DNA of 63,000 bases, filler included, from Conidiobolus incongruus B7586 (Eukaryota): NCBI GenBank assembly GCA_000697335.1. It is 23 parts of 23 records of this genome, joined end to end, with 100 filler letters (N's around TTAATTAATTAA, not from the genome) between each part and the next. Parts side by side here need not be neighbours in the genome. Positions count along the whole stretch, not along the records: positions 1 to 1,203 come from JNEM01003792.1; positions 1,304 to 4,282 come from JNEM01003793.1; positions 4,383 to 7,020 come from JNEM01003794.1; positions 7,121 to 8,799 come from JNEM01003795.1; positions 8,900 to 10,050 come from JNEM01003796.1; positions 10,151 to 13,488 come from JNEM01003797.1; positions 13,589 to 15,982 come from JNEM01003799.1; 16 more parts are not named here. One strand, given 5' to 3'. How positions within the stretch are numbered: the first letter of the stretch is position 1; every line of letters begins with the position of its first letter. The notes under the pieces were generated by a model that was given only the letters and a program-made list of their open reading frames with translations, searched no databases and was not told where the DNA came from. Shown piece after piece: positions 1-13,650 of this stretch. The translations under genes and the position numbers were made by a program.

Positions 1-650
1 AATATTAATTTAAATTTAAAAAAATAGGAAATTTTTTAATTTCTAATTTTTCAAATAAATTATTGGCTTTAAATAAAAAAATATTTAAAATAAGTAAGGA
101 ATTATATAATTTTAAATTATATATATATATATATTTATATATATATTATTATATTAATTAAACAGTTAAATATTTATAATTATTTATTTCAAATAATCAT
201 AATCAAACCAAATAATAATCATCCAAAGTTTTTAAATTTAATATTAATAAAGCTTAACCATATATCTTTTAAAATTATTTAACATTTACAAACAACTTTT
301 GGTAATAAAAAATTATTTAAACTAACAATCTATTAGTTGATAAAATTACTTTAAGATAATAAACAATATTATCTAAAATTTGTTAAGATTTAAAAAATAA
401 ATTTTAATTGTAATTTTTTTGATTATTAATATTTTAAAGAAATATATTGAGAATTATCTTTTTAATTCAATTAAAAAGTTATATAAATATTATAAAATTA
501 GTTTTATAAGAGTATTATATATATTAATATTTAAAATCAATTTAATAAATAGAAATTTAAAATAAATATCATATAATTTAATCAAATTTTCAAAAAAAAG
601 CTAAAATAGTTATTTTAAATAAAACCTACTTAAATATTATTAGAAACCTA
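1..650 (+). mobile_element. Degenerate mariner, 5' portion
   Basis: Begins with the family 5' end (aaaaaataggaaattttttaatttctaattttt = reverse complement of about 6193-6226). Continues with transposase N-terminal relic (aagcttaaccat...tttacaaacaacttttggtaataaa). The right boundary is approximate. Confidence 0.8.
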
Positions 651-1203
651 AACTTTTGCAATAAATAAATATAATTGATAAATATTACATCCATCTATAT
701 AAACTAATATTAAAATTTAAATTAAAATGCTTGATTAAGCTAAATTATCTCTCTCTATAAAAACTTTTAAATAAATATTATATTAATAACTAAATTTATA
801 TTAATAAAATAAATTATAATAAGATATGCTATTTTTATTTAATTCTTAAAGAAAAATCAATTAATAGTTAGCTTTAAATTATATTATTAAATTGAAATAT
901 TTTTATTCAGTTTTTTCAATTTAATTTGAGAAAAATTATTATTTCATATTATAATTATAAAATATATAAATCTAAAGTTATAAAAATTTTCTGATTAAAA
1001 ATAATTGAAAAAAACTACCATAATTAATATATTACTTAGATTATAACTTATATGACTATATTTGCTTTAATTAATTAAAAAACTAGTTTATAAGAAAAAA
1101 AATTTTTATAAAAATATTTATTTAGTTTATAAAATATTAATTTTAGAATTTAATTAAAATAATTTTATTTAATATTAAAAATTTCTAAAAATATGGTAAA
1201 AAG

Positions 1204-1303
1204 NNNNNNNNNNNNNNNNNNNNNNNNNNNNNNNNNNNNNNNNNNNNTTAATTAATTAANNNNNNNNNNNNNNNNNNNNNNNNNNNNNNNNNNNNNNNNN
1301 NNN
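1204..1303. other. Artificial contig linker (first of 22 identical 100-nt linkers)
   Basis: N44-TTAATTAATTAA-N44 puts stops in all six frames. It recurs at 4283, 7021, 8800, 10051, 13489, 15983, 17367, 23170, 25494, 30986, 32227, 33525, 35268, 37046, 39118, 40225, 41485, 45846, 51844, 57694 and 61623. Sequence on either side of a linker is not physically adjacent. Confidence 0.99.
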
Positions 1304-4282
1304 TAATTTTATTAAGTTAAAAGATATTAGATAAAGAAAAGATAAGCTTAGATAGTTTTAATCCATTTAACTTATCTTCTTAATAAATGTTTTTGAGTAT
1401 TTAAGTAAATAAGTGATTTATAATTTGTTAATATTAAAAAAAGATTATAAAATAAAAAATATAAATAATTTTTAATTATTTCTACTAAAGTAAAGAGTTT
1501 TTATTTATAAACTAGATATTTTAATTTAGCTAGTTTTATTTTTTTAAACTAGAATATTATAAGCTTTAAAGTAAAATTTTTAAGGTTAAACTTAACTTAT
1601 TTGCTTTTATTTTTTATTTTATCTTAAAGTTAAAAGGTAAAATATAAATTAAATTCAAACTAAGCTAATTACCTATTAATTACAAAAGAGTTGAAATTAA
1701 TAAAAATAATAGTAGGTAAATTAAAATAAAAAATAAATAAAGTAAAAGCATGAATAATATAGAAAATTATAACATTTATGCAAAAAATATATAATAGGGT
1801 TTATTTAGAAAAAGAGTCATTTCTCAAGAGATTAGTTAAAAAAGTTAAAAGTTTAACAAAAAAATCAATGAAATCTTTAAAGTAATAAAACAATTTAAAT
1901 ATAAACATAAGTTAATTTTTGTTTGTAAATATAATAAAAGCTTTTATATTATTGAGTTTAATTAAATCAATATTTATTTCTTAAAAAGAAATAATATAAC
2001 TATAAAAAAAATAGAAGAGATATAAAAAATATATTTTGATAGCTTTAAAAATAATTTATATTTTCAAATAATTTATAAAACTTAATTAATAAGTTAAATA
2101 TGTTCTTCTTTAGTTTTTAAATAGATTAAGATATTATCAAGGTAAGTAATAATAAAGTTATTAAAAACAAGGTTAAAAAGGGAATTGATAAATTAAGTAA
2201 AAATTACAAAGATATTATATAATTTAAAGTTTATAATAATAAATTTATAATAGCTTAATAAAGTATTGAAAATAGTTAAAAAATAGAATTCTCTTTAACT
2301 ATAATGTTATAATAACTATTTCCAAAATTTGATTTAATAAATATAATAGATTTAAATAGTTTATCTTTAATATCATATAAGTTTAATAATAAAGTTTTAT
2401 CCTTAATAATTTTAAAATTTAAAACATAGTTATCAATATATAATTTTTAATAACTATTAACCTTTTGTATAAAAAAATAAAAGATTTTTATAATAAAGAA
2501 AAAGGTTTAATATACCTATTTTCAAGTAGTTTTTAGATTTTTTTTTAAAGTTTAGTATTATTTAAGAGATAAATGGTAAATAAGTTTTAAGTATAGTTAA
2601 ATACCTAAAAGAAATTTAATCTTATGTTTAATATTATAATTAAAGGGTAATTTACTTATAGATTTAAAAATATTAATAAATTAACTCACTATATTATATA
2701 ATAAATAGTTATTTGATATAACTTTATTGAAATTATTAGTTCAAATATTAATAGATGAATAATAAACAAATACATATCCTTATAAATTATTATAGTTTTT
2801 AATTAGTTTTTTACATTGGTTTTTGTATATAATATTAAAATTATTTAACATAATTATAAAGTTGATATTAAATATAGTATTTAATAGTTTTATAGTAAGG
2901 TAATATAAATTTTTTAAGATTAATTCTATTAATTTCTTTTAGAATATAAAAGAAATAAACTTGTAACCTTTTAGAGTAATATTTATAGATAAAAAATTAT
3001 GGTATTTAAACTAATTTTAATTTAATATAAAATTATAATTAATATTATTAACTAGAAATTTAATATATTAGTTATAGTTAAAAGATAGTGATATGTATTT
3101 AAATATAATATTAAATATTTATTCTATTAAATTATTAATATATTTAATTATTAAACTGCTTTTTTAAGTAGATAAAGATAGTTTTATAATAATAAAAAAA
3201 GAGATAATAATACTAAAACAACTAAAGTTAATTAAAACATTAACAGGTATATCTATAAAATATCTAGTTGAAATAAATAATAAAATGATAGTTAAAGGTA
3301 AAGAATTATAAGATAAATTAGTTACTAGAATATTTCTAGTTTTTAATGATTTAATCAACTAAATCTCTCTAATATATATAGTTCAATTTGTAGAATCATT
3401 AATCTAATAGAATTTTTGTGGATTAAATTAAAATCTATTAATTAATTATAAAAAAGATGATTTTAAAATTATATTAATATTATTCAAATTAATTTTATAA
3501 TTGGTAGATTAAGATTATTAAAAATTAAACAAATATTATCTTTTGAGAAAATATTTATCAACTTTATAATTTTTTTAACAATATTAATAACTTTTATTTA
3601 CTCTTAAATAAGCTTTAACTTTTTTATTAAAAGTTTTCTTATAGAGTTTTAAAGCAAAAACATTTATCATTTAAGATTTAAATAAGTTAAAAAGGTTTTA
3701 AAAAGTTAATTCTTAAAATAAAAAGATATAGTTATAAAGTAAAAATTATCATTAATTAAAATTATTATATTATATATGTTAGAAAAAAACATATTATTAA
3801 AGTATTCTCTGTTAATAAACTATAGTTTTACTTAAGAGTTAAAATATTATAATAATATATAGATTTATTTTTTTCAATGATATTTAATATATTTAAATAT
3901 ATCTCATTGAATTTCTCAATTAATTACTTTGTAAAAGTTTTTTATTTAAGTTAAGAAAGCTTTTTTTGCTAATTAAACTTGACTTTTTAAATAATAACTT
4001 TTTTTAAAAATTTTTTCTAACTATTTAAAGGTTTATATTTTTATAATAGGTTATCCCCTTAAAAACTTTTTAAAATTAAATTTGTAATAAGTTAACTATT
4101 AAATATAAGTAGATTTTTAAAAAAAATAATTAATTTAAGGATATTTTTTAAATCTTTAAAAATTAAATTAAGGTAATTTATATTTTTAAAATAGTATTTA
4201 AGCTTATAAAGATTTTTAAAATTATTATAGGTAATTAATTTATTTCTAAAGATACTAAAGAGGTAGTTTAATATATTAACTA
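1304..4282 (-). mobile_element. Hypermutated Ty3/gypsy LTR retrotransposon relic (gag-PR-RT-RNase H)
   Basis: Minus strand at about 2118-2160 reads NFIITYLDNILIY (RT YLDD with GAT->AAT). About 2160-2280 reads a decayed TAF..GHYEF.VM.FGL.NAP.TF-type segment. About 1330-1440 reads ILTNYKSLIYLNTQKHLLRR*VKWI (RNase H tail, TDHK.L). 3590-4282 is homologous to 35745-36440, and 4100-4282 also to 62680-62900. Confidence 0.85.
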
Positions 4283-4382
4283 NNNNNNNNNNNNNNNNNN
4301 NNNNNNNNNNNNNNNNNNNNNNNNNNTTAATTAATTAANNNNNNNNNNNNNNNNNNNNNNNNNNNNNNNNNNNNNNNNNNNN

Positions 4383-7020
4383 ATATTAAATTTTTTTATT
4401 AATATCATTATACTTAAATTTCTTTTAAAAATTCACTTATATATTAATTAGCTTTAAAAATAAAATAAATCAACTTATGATATTATTAAAATTATTAGTG
4501 TTACCTAATCTATTATAACTAAATTAATTCAGAATAATATTAAAAACATATTTAATTTAAATTTGAATATGTTAAGATTATAAATGAATATGATAAAAAG
4601 TATATTTATAGGTTAGTTAATATAAGTAAATATAATATTACTATGGAAATATAACAAGAATTATCAAACTATATAAAAAAGTTAATTAAACTTAACACTA
4701 TTATTTATACTTTATATTAACATAGATACTACTAATATTATAAGAAAAAATACTTTTAACAAAAGAAATTTGATTATAAAACTAGATTGGAGTTTAAATA
4801 TTTTAATTAATATTAAATTAAAATAATTAAAATAAGCTTATTTTGAGAAAATAAAAATTAAATTTAATATATTTAATAAAAAAGCTAAATATTTTAAAAA
4901 GAAATAAAATTATTTTTTAACTATTTCTTTATAATATAAATAATGGGAAATTTTGTGATTGAAAAAAAATAAATATTTTAATATATAAAATATAAAAATA
5001 GATATATAATATAAAATTAATAATTTCTTTTATTTCTAATAACTTTTTGATATACTTTTAGCAAAAATCTAATATCTAAAAAACAATTCTTTCTATTAAA
5101 GACAGAAATTTAATGTTTCACAAACCAATTAAATTTTTTTGCAAAAATTTTCTTTCTTGCAAGCTGGTTTTTTAATTACCCAAAACAATTATAATCATAT
5201 GGGTTATAATCTAGGGAATATACTAGATATAATAGTTTTTTCCAGTTATTTTTATTTAAAAAGTTTTTTATAACTTTAGATTTAAGTATTTTGTAATTAA
5301 CATGCAAAATAATAGGTCTTTGTAAATTATATTGAGAATACCAATTAAAAATAATTTTATTTAAAAAAGAAATATAAAGTTTATTATTAATTGATTTTCC
5401 TTTAGGAACTAAATAAGAATAATATATGCTATTAATATCTATTACAATAATTAACATTCATTTATCAATAAAATGCTTAATTAAAGGAATTTGTGGAGGG
5501 AGTTGATTTGGCTTAATCTAACACTTTGATTTATATTTTGATAGAGGAGTATATAAAGGAATCTAAGATACATCAATTATAATAATTTACTGTAAAAACC
5601 TTGGTTTCTGGCTATACCTTAGTAAGTTTTATTTAATAATAGCTTCTCTAGCTTTTTTTTAAGCTTTAGTTTAATTATAAGGTACCTATTTTATATTTTT
5701 ATTAATTAATTTTAATTTAAACTTTAATATATATAAAATATTTATATGACTAATATTAAAGTATCTTGATAATTCTCTAACTGAAATAAAAGGGTGTATT
5801 TCAATATGTTTTTTACTTTATTAACAATTAAAACAGTAATAGTTAAAATTAGTTTTCTAGATTTTAGAAAGTTTTGGGTAGTTTCTCTCCTATCTTTAAA
5901 ATAATTTACCTAGCAATAAATTATTAATTTGAATAATGTTTCATTACCAAAAGCTGCTTGTAAATTTTAAATGATTTTAGAGGGTTTATGGTTAAGTTTT
6001 ACTAATACTAAAATAAAAAAATTTTGTTGGTTACTATTTAGTCTAAAGATGATTAAATTAAATAACTAATTTTAAAAATTATTTTTTTATTCAAAAAAGT
6101 TAATATATATATATATATATATATAATTTAAAACTATCTATCTTCCTATTTGTTTTGTTTATATTTTTTTATTTTAAACTAATAATTTGTTTAAAAAATC
6201 AGAAATTAAAAAATTTCCTATTTTTTCAATTCTATGGTAATATTATGTTAATTTTACCCAAAAGTATAATAGTAGGTTAATTATTATTTAAAGATATATA
6301 TTATCTTTAAATATAAATTTTCTTTATAAATTTAATAAGGGAATTAATATCAAGTTGTATTAAAATATTTTAACTAATAAATTAAAAAAAATTATTGAAA
6401 AATATAGGTTAAAAAATGTAATATTATTTTCCAACAAGAAAATATTATTTGTTATATTATAACTTTTACTACCAAATAACTTAATAATAACAAAATAATA
6501 GTTATGAAGTAGTTTTTTTAATTTCTTAACCTTAACCTAATTAAATATCTTTAGAATTAGTTAAAAAAAGTTATTATAGTTTTCCTTTTAACAAAAGATT
6601 TAGATTAGCTTTAAAAATATATTTAAGAAACATAGAATAAAATTAACCCTTTTTAGTATAAAAAGTTAGTTGACTTTATACCTCATAAAATTAAAGAAAT
6701 TAAAAAAGCTAAAGATAAATATACTAAGTTCTAATATTTTTTCTGACCAAAAACTTATAAATTTAAAACTTATCTTAAATAAAATTTAAGGGTTTATATT
6801 TTAACCAATTAATAACCAAATATCATCAATTAATGATTTATATTATTAATAAATATAATAGATTTTAATTATTTAATATAGGTTTATTTGATTAAATATT
6901 AGTAAGTTATTAGTAAAGTTTAAGTATTTTTGATTTTTTAATTCAAATTTATAAGTTAATAAATCTATAATTAATTTTAGTTGAATTTTGATTTTTAATA
7001 TATTAATTAATAATTAATTT
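4383..7020 (+). mobile_element. Degenerate Tc1 (DD34E) element interrupted by a mariner insertion
   Basis: About 4490-4923 and 6241-7000 align colinearly with the Tc1 copy at 16083-17366. The two halves rejoin at ...ttttaac TA ttatgttaatttt... Confidence 0.85.
4924..6240 (-). mobile_element. Full-length degenerate mariner (DD34D), TA target duplication
   Basis: Imperfect TIRs of about 30 bp, flanked by TA at 4922-4923 and 6241-6242. ORF 5176-5457 preserves LH(D>V)N-34aa-D with YSLDYNPYDY (YSPDxxPxD). Upstream relics read IIDVS*I (TxDExW) and *VPYN (WVPHxL). Confidence 0.92.
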
Positions 7021-7351
7021 NNNNNNNNNNNNNNNNNNNNNNNNNNNNNNNNNNNNNNNNNNNNTTAATTAATTAANNNNNNNNNNNNNNNNNNNNNNNN
7101 NNNNNNNNNNNNNNNNNNNNTAATTTAAAATATTTAATTTGAATTAATAATTTGATTTTTATTTATAAATCTATAAATTTATAATAAATTAATTTGAAAT
7201 TATAATTTGATTTATATAATAAACTTAAATAGTTGATAATATATTATTTAGATAGTACTTATATTTAAATACCAAAGTATTATTTATAATTTTGAAATTT
7301 GGTTTATTAAAAATAAATCATTAAAGAAAAAAATTAAAAATAAAATTTATT

Positions 7352-8658
7352 ATATTTATTTTGTATTTTAAATAATAAGGATTTTTTGCAATTTATAATA
7401 AATAAATATTTTGATATTTAATATATAAAAATAGATATAAAATATAAATTTAATAGTTTTTTTATTATTTATAAATTTTTGCTATATTTTTAACAAACTT
7501 CTAATATCTAAAAAATAGTTCTTTTTATTAAGAAATGAAATTTGATATTTTATAAATTAATTAAATTTTCTTATAGAAATTTTCTTTCTTATAAGTTGGT
7601 TTTTTAATTGCTTAAAGTAATTATAATCATATAGGTTATAATTTAAAGAGTATATTAGATATAGTAGTTTTTTTTAGTTATACTTAATCAAAAATTTTTT
7701 TTAGTTATAAATTTATATATTTTACAAATATTATATAAAATAATAGGTTTTTTTAAATTATATTAAGAATATTAATTAGAAATAATTTATTTATAAAAGC
7801 AATATAAACTTATTATTAATTAATTTTCCTTTAAAAATTAAATTAAAATAACATATACTATTATAATTTATTACAATAATTAATATTTGCTTATTAACAA
7901 AATATTTATTTAAAAGGATTTATAAAGGGAGTTAATTAAACTTAATCTAACACTTTGATTTATATTTTAATAAGAATTATATAAAGGGATTTAAAATTCA
8001 TTAATTTTAATTTTTCACTATAAAAGCTTAGGTTTCTAGTAATATTTTAATAAGTTTTATTTAATAATAATTACTTTAACTTTTTTAAGCTTTAGTTAAA
8101 TTATAAATTACCTATTTTATAATTTTATTTATTAATTTGAGTTTAAATTTTAATATAAATAAAATACTTATAAAAATAATATTAAAATATTTAAATAGCT
8201 CTTTAGCTAAAATAAAAGGGTGCTTTTTAATATATTTTTTCACTCTATTAATAATTAAAAAAATAATAGTTAAAATTAGTTTATTAAATTTTAAAAAGTT
8301 TTAAATAATTTCTCTCTTAATTTTAAAGAAATTTACCTAGTAATAAATTGGTAATTTAGATAATACTTTATTATTAAAAGCTACTTGTAAATTTTAAATA
8401 ATTTTAAAGGGTTTATGGTTAAGTTTTATTGATATTAAAATAAAAAACTTTTGATAATTATTATTAGATTTAAATATAATTAAATTAAACAACCAATTTC
8501 AAAAAATTAATTTTTTAATTAAAAAAATAATTATATATATAATTTAAAAGGATATAATTTCTAATTTATTTTATATATATTTGTTTATTTAAAACCAATA
8601 ATATATTTGAAAAATCAGAAATTAAAAAATTTCCTATTGCCTTAAATTTAAATTATTA
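7352..8658 (-). mobile_element. Degenerate mariner, near full length
   Basis: Colinear with 4924-6240 and both termini are recognisable. Differences are mostly C/T and G/A. Confidence 0.88.
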
Positions 8659-8899
8659 AATAATATATAATTAAAAATTATATTTTATATATAATATAAT
8701 ATTTGAAAATTTATAAATCTATTAAAATTTTTTCCATTTATAAAAATATATCTAATAATAACCTATAAATTATTATAAATTTCTTTTATTTATTAATTAN
8801 NNNNNNNNNNNNNNNNNNNNNNNNNNNNNNNNNNNNNNNNNNNTTAATTAATTAANNNNNNNNNNNNNNNNNNNNNNNNNNNNNNNNNNNNNNNNNNNN

Positions 8900-10050
8900 A
8901 CTCTGTATTTTAAATAATAGGTATTCTTTGTAATTAAAAACAAAAAAATATTTTAATATATAATTTATAAAAATAAATATATAATATAAATTTAATAGAT
9001 TCTTTTATTATTAATAACTTTTTGCTATACTTTTAACAAGGATCTAACACCTAAAAAATAGTTCTTTTTATTAAAGACTGAAATTTGATATTTCACAAAC
9101 TAATTAAATTTTTCTATAGAAATTTTCTTTCTTGTAAGCTGGTTTTTTAATTACCTAAAGCAATTATAATCACATAGGTTATAATCTAAAGAATATACTA
9201 GATATAGTAGTTTTTTCCAATTATTTTTATTTAGAAAGTTTTTTATAACTTTAAATTTATGTATTTTGTAATTATTATGCTAAATAATAAGTTTTCTTAA
9301 ATTATATTAAGAAAACTAATTAGCAATACTTTTATTTAAAAAAAGAGTATAAAGTTTACTATTAATTAATTCTCTTTCAGGAATTAAATAAGAGTAGCAT
9401 ATACTATTATAATCCATTACAATAATTAACATTTGCTTATTAACAAAATGTTTATTTAAAGGGATTTAAGGAAGGGGTTGATTTAGCTTAATCTAATATT
9501 TTGATTTATGTTTTGATAAAGGATTATATATAAAGATTTAAGATTCATCAATTATAATTATTTATTGTAAAAATTTAGGCTTCTAGTAATATTTAAGTAA
9601 GTTTTATTTAATAATAATTACTTTAGCTTTTTTCTAAGCTTTAGTTAAATTATAAAATATTTATTTTATATTTTTATTTATTAATTTAAGTTTAAACTTT
9701 AATATATATAAAATACTTATAATACTAATGTTAAAATGCTTAGATAATTCTCTTATTGAAATAAAAAAATACTTTTCAATATATTTTCTCACTCTATTAA
9801 AAATTAAAAAAAAATAATAGTTGAAGTTAGTTTTTTAGATTTTGATAGGTTTTAGATAGTTTCTCTCTTAGCTTTAAAGTGATTTACCTAATGATAAATT
9901 GTTAATTTAGATAATACTTTATTACTAAAAGCTGCTTGTAAATTTTAAATAATTTTAAAAGGCTTATAGTTAAATTTTACTGATACTAAAATAAAAAACT
10001 TTTAATGATTACTATTTAGTTTAAATATAATTAAATTATATAATTAATTT
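8900..10050 (-). mobile_element. Degenerate mariner, filling the contig (5' end cut by contig edge)
   Basis: Starts in the 3' TIR (actctgtattttaaataatagg) and is colinear with the other copies. Confidence 0.9.
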
Positions 10051-10769
10051 NNNNNNNNNNNNNNNNNNNNNNNNNNNNNNNNNNNNNNNNNNNNTTAATT
10101 AATTAANNNNNNNNNNNNNNNNNNNNNNNNNNNNNNNNNNNNNNNNNNNNTTATAAAATAATAAATATTTAAAATCAATAACTAAAATATCAATTTATTA
10201 TTTTAAATTTAAAAATAATATTTTCTATTATTAAATTATTTATTTTTGGAAATTAACTCAAATAATAGTAAAATATGATAATATTTAATCCTAATATATA
10301 AATAAAATATTAAGTTTTACCAATTATAAAAGGAAATGTTTTAATTTTGCTTAATACTCAATTTGTTTTTAGATAAAGGACTGAATAAAAAATTTTACAA
10401 CTGATCAATAATAATGTTATAAAATGAAAATCTTTATTTTTGATTATATAGTAATAGGTTTTATTGGCTATAATTAGTCTAATTTTTTAAAATTTTATTA
10501 TAAATTATTTCCTTTATATTTTTATTTATTAAATTAATATAAATTTTTGAAATCTAATATATCTATAAAATTAATATTAAACTTTTTCTTTAATTTGTTA
10601 ATAAAAATAAAATAATATTATTAAATTTATTTATTTTTAATGAAAAAATAAAACAATAATAATTAAAGCTAATAAATAAATATAAATAGATTACAAATAA
10701 TATCCCTTCTAATAATAAAATAATAAATTCAATAATAAATAGTAATTTTGAATAAAATATTTAATCTAT

Positions 10770-11040
10770 AAGATTTTTGCAAATTTTAAATAATTTCAAA
10801 ATATTTATAGTTAAATTTTAAAATATTAGAATAAAAACTTTTAATAATAACTATTTATTTAAAATATAACCAATTTTAATTTTGATTTTCAAAAATTTAT
10901 TTTAATGAAAAAATAATTATATTTTATATAATTTGAAAATATAATTTTTCTTATATATTTCAAATATAATTAATCTTTTAAACTTTATAATATACTTAAA
11001 AACTTGAAATTATAAAATTTCCTATTTACAATTTAATAAT
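10770..11040 (-). mobile_element. Truncated mariner 5' fragment
   Basis: ttttgcaaattttaaataatttc...aaacttgaaattataaaatttcctattt matches the family 5' end. Confidence 0.6.
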
Positions 11041-11220
11041 TAAAAATAAATTAATATATTTAAATTTAAAATCTAATATAAACTAGATTTAATCAAATAA
11101 TTTCATTTAAACTATTAAATATGATATTGTTTCACTTAATATTATATCATACTTTATTGAATAATTTAATCATTATTAATTTCTATAGTTAAAGACAACA
11201 TATAATTTAATAATATAATA

Positions 11221-12525
11221 TATTACTTTGTATTATAAATAATGGGTATTTTTATTAATTAAAAAAAATAATACTTTATTATATAAAAGATAAAAATAAA
11301 TATATAATATAAAATTAATAATTTCCTTTATTTTTAATAACTTTTTGCTATATTTTTAATAAAGATCTAATATCTAAAAAATATTTGTTTTTATTAAAGA
11401 CTGATATTTGACATTTTATAAACTAATTAAATTTTTTTATAAAAATTCTCTTTCCTATAAACTAGTATTTGAAATATCTAAAACAATCATAATCATATAA
11501 GTTATAATCTATGGAATATACTAGATATTATAGTTCTTTCAAATTATTTTTAATTAGAAAATTTTTTATAGCTTTATATATATATATTTTATAATTATTA
11601 TATAAAAAATTTAGTCTTCTTAAATTATACTAAGAATACCAATTTAAAATAATTTTATTTAAAAAACAAATATAAAGTTTATTATTAATTAATTTCCTTT
11701 TAGGAATTAAATCAAAATAACATATATTATTATAATCCATTATAACAATTAATATTTATTTTCAATAAAGTATTTATTTAAGAATTTAAAAAAGGATTTA
11801 TTTGGTTTAATCCAACACCTTGATTAATGTTTTAATAAAGGATTATATAAAAAAACTTAAGATTCATCAATTATAATAATTAATTATAAAAGCCTTGGTT
11901 TCTAGTTATATTTTAGTAATATATGTTTAATAATAGCTATTTTAGTTTTTTAAGCTTTAGTTAAATTATAAGGTATCTATTTTATATTTTTATGAATTAA
12001 TTTTAATTTAAACTATAATATATATAAAATACTTCTATGACTAATATTAAAATATCTTGATAATTTTTTTGCTGAAATTAAAGGGTGTTTTTCAATATAT
12101 TTATCCATTTTATTAATAATTAAAAAAATAGTAATTGAAATTAAGCTTTTAGATTTTAGCATGTTTTAGATAATTTCTTTTCTAGCCTTAAAGTAGTTTA
12201 TCTAATCATAAATAATTGATTTTGATAATACTTTATTTACAAAAGCTGCTTGTAAATTTTGAATCATTTTAGAGGGTTTGTGGTTAAGTTTTATTAATAC
12301 TAAAATAAAAGACTTTTAATGGTCACTATTTAGTTTAAACATGATTAAATTAAGCAAATAATTTTAAAAAATTATTTTTTTAATCAAATAAATTATTATA
12401 TAAATATATATTTCAAAATTGTTTATTTTTTTTATTTGTTTTGTATATATTTTTTATTTGAAACTAATAATATGATTGAAAAATCAAAAATTAAAAAATT
12501 TCCTTTTTTTAATTTCATGATAATA
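11221..12525 (-). mobile_element. Full-length degenerate mariner including flanking TA
   Basis: Left end TAttactttgtattataaataatggg; right end aatttccttttttt-aatttcatgataaTA. Retains the transposase start ATG TTT AAA CTA AAT AGT GAC CAT (minus strand, about 12342). Confidence 0.92.
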
Positions 12526-13650
12526 TTTTGAAATTACCTATTGTTTTTTAATTCATTTATATGAATAAATATATTTAATATCAAAATAAATTCACGGATA
12601 TATTAATTTAATATTTCTATCAATAGTTCAAATTTTTGTTTTTATTATTTTATATTTATATTTATTTGACTAATAAAAATAAATTATTATTTTAAAAATT
12701 ATGACTAATAATGAATTATCAGTTTAAAAATCAAAACCATATATAACATGTATTATTAGAATAGATATAAATAAAATATTGGATAGTTAAATTTTTTTGA
12801 ATTTTTTGACTTTTTTTTATTTATATTTTTAGATATCAAATATAATCTTAATTTATTTTCAAAATATTTGATATTTTATAAATTATATTTATTCAATATT
12901 TTCAAAAAATAAAAAATAAGTCTTATATAATAAATATACTAATATAAATAACTATAATCATAATATAAATTATGAATATATCAATGAAATATATAAGTAA
13001 TAATTATCTTCATTATATTGATCCTTTTATATATAATATTAATAAATCTTTTTTTTGGTTAAATAAGAAAAAAAATATAATTTTAAGAAATATTAAAAAT
13101 ATAAATTATTTTATAACTATATTACTATAAGTTTATATATTTCTATTAATATATTTATAACTTTTATTATATAAGCTTGGTTTTTGGTTTTAATATTTAA
13201 AACTACATCTTTATTATCAAATATCCATTTTTTTAACTTTGTTATTTTTAAGAGTAATATCGTTATTTTGATATATTATTTAGCCTATCCTTTTACCCAT
13301 TATTATTTATTTTATTTAATATATTTTTTAAAAAAATAAAACTAAATTCTCCTTAAACTTTCTCTTTATTTTATTGACTTTATAAGTATAATGATAATTA
13401 AACTAATATAATATAAAGGAAAACTTAATATGAAAGTAATATAGTATAGAATATAATAATATAATATAAAATTATAAACAAAGTTTAANNNNNNNNNNNN
13501 NNNNNNNNNNNNNNNNNNNNNNNNNNNNNNNNTTAATTAATTAANNNNNNNNNNNNNNNNNNNNNNNNNNNNNNNNNNNNNNNNNNNNATATTTAAAATT
13601 ATCAATTTAAAATTAATATTGAAAATATAATATATACATATATATATATA

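Noticed and set aside
3164..3358. Short AT-rich ORFs (3164-3358, 30291-30509, 47100-47288, 53030-53227)
   Set aside because: Low-complexity or motif-free frames. The first lies inside the gypsy relic and the others are chance ORFs or relics.
6524..6545. cttaaccttaacctaa telomere-like repeat
   Set aside because: It is the mutated SPDLNP coding segment of the Tc1 transposase, present in every copy.
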